A stretch of DNA of 63,761 nucleotides, filler included, from Octopus bimaculoides (taxonomy: Eukaryota): assembly GCF_001194135.2 (NCBI RefSeq). It is 3 parts of 3 records of this genome, joined end to end, with 100 filler letters (N's around TTAATTAATTAA, not from the genome) between each part and the next. Parts side by side here need not be neighbours in the genome. Positions count along the whole stretch, not along the records: positions 53,678 to 63,761 come from NW_026414330.1; 2 more parts are not named here. The stretch is one strand, 5' to 3'. A program made the translations under genes and the position numbers. The notes beneath the pieces were generated by a model. That model searched no databases and was not told the DNA's origin. It worked only from the letters and a program-made list of their open reading frames with translations. Numbering within the stretch: position 1 is the first letter of the stretch; each line of letters opens with the position of its first letter. Positions 62,632 through 63,761 of this stretch are shown in pieces.

Positions 62632-63476
62632 NNNNNNNNNNNNNNNNNNNNNNNNNNNNNNNNNNNNNNNNNNNNNNNNNNNNNNNNNNNNNNNNNNNNN
62701 NNNNNNNNNNNNNNNNNNNNNNNNNNNNNNNNNNNNNNNNNNNNNNNNNNNNNNNNNNNNNNNNNNNNNNNNNNNNNNNNNNNNNNNNNNNNNNNNNNNN
62801 NNNNNNNNNNNNNNNNNNNNNNNNNNNNNNNNNNNNNNNNNNNNNNNNNNNNNNNNNNNNNNNNNNNNNNNNNNNNNNNNNNNNNNNNNNNNNNNNNNNN
62901 NNNNNNNNNNNNNNNNNNNNNNNNNNNNNNNNNNNNNNNNNNNNNNNNNNNNNNNNNNNNNNNNNNNNNNNNNNNNNNNNNNNNNNNNNNNNNNNNNNNN
63001 NNNNNNNNNNNNNNNNNNNNNNNNNNNNNNNNNNNNNNNNNNNNNNNNNNNNNNNNNNNNNNNNNNNNNNNNNNNNNNNNNNNNNNNNNNNNNNNNNNNN
63101 NNNNNNNNNNNNNNNNNNNNNNNNNNNNNNNNNNNNNNNNNNNNNNNNNNNNNNNNNNNNNNNNNNNNNNNNNNNNNNNNNNNNNNNNNNNNNNNNNNNN
63201 NNNNNNNNNNNNNNNNNNNNNNNNNNNNNNNNNNNNNNNNNNNNNNNNNNNNNNNNNNNNNNNNNNNNNNNNNNNNNNNNNNNNNNNNNNNNNNNNNNNN
63301 NNNNNNNNNNNNNNNNNNNNNNNNNNNNNNNNNNNNNNNNNNNNNNNNNNNNNNNNNNNNNNNNNNNNNNNNNNNNNNNNNNNNNNNNNNNNNNNNNNNN
63401 NNNNNNNNNNNNNNNNNNNNNNNNNNNNNNNNNNNNNNNNNNNNNNNNNNNNNNNNNNNNNNNNNNNNNNNNNNNN

Positions 63477-63522
<46 letters not shown>

Positions 63523-63761
63523 TGGAAAATGTGTGAGATCCCTTGTACACTATATGTAAATATACTGATGCGATACATGCGCATGCATATGCGTGCATAC
63601 ATGTGTGTGTACATGTGTGTGTGGATATATATGTGTGTGTGTGTGTATATGTACATGTGCATGTGTATGTAAGTATTATGAGTGTATACAAGTGTATGTG
63701 TATATCTATGTGTGTGTATGTATGAGTATACCCGTGCATGTGTCGATACATATGTATATAT

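Noticed and set aside
768-63751. Long ORFs containing X runs or YI/CV/HT repeats (e.g. 62476-63672, 30966-32090, 9607-10371)
   Set aside because: Artefacts of N-gaps and dinucleotide microsatellites.
1-63761. CRISPR arrays, rRNA, prokaryotic or viral genes
   Set aside because: No regularly spaced repeat-spacer array or recognisable rRNA, phage or viral sequence; the content is eukaryotic repeats.

Overview
This is a 64-kb AT-rich, microsatellite-dense animal scaffold with many N-gaps. The tRNA-derived SINE families and overall repeat landscape point to an octopod cephalopod (Octopus-like); this is inference, not verified. I find no intact protein-coding gene, tRNA, rRNA or CRISPR array. All long ORFs in the track are N-gap or microsatellite artefacts, or transposon pseudogene fragments. 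The window is a transposon graveyard: at least three tRNA-derived SINE families plus dispersed RTE tails; RTE LINEs (one family with a PHD-type zinc finger after the RT core, one BovB-like without); a CR1-like LINE; Penelope-like RT and GIY-YIG fragments; a run of R4/Dong-type restriction-like-endonuclease LINEs; six Tc1/mariner remnants from four lineages (DD34E, DD34D, DD37D, DD41D); a Merlin-like transposase; Helitron ends; and several MITEs. Most notable: (1) several hammerhead-ribozyme-like RNA motifs, two with an intact CUGANGA/GAAA core (42633-42726, beside an inverted Penelope junction, and 53488-53577, cut by a gap), plus variant and degenerate copies; (2) decayed leucine-rich-repeat-like coding sequence, tandemly duplicated near the left end, with a diverged homologue at the right end; (3) a stack of four RLE-LINE fragments that reconstructs into an (AAT)n microsatellite target; (4) a PHD finger embedded in RTE ORF2.
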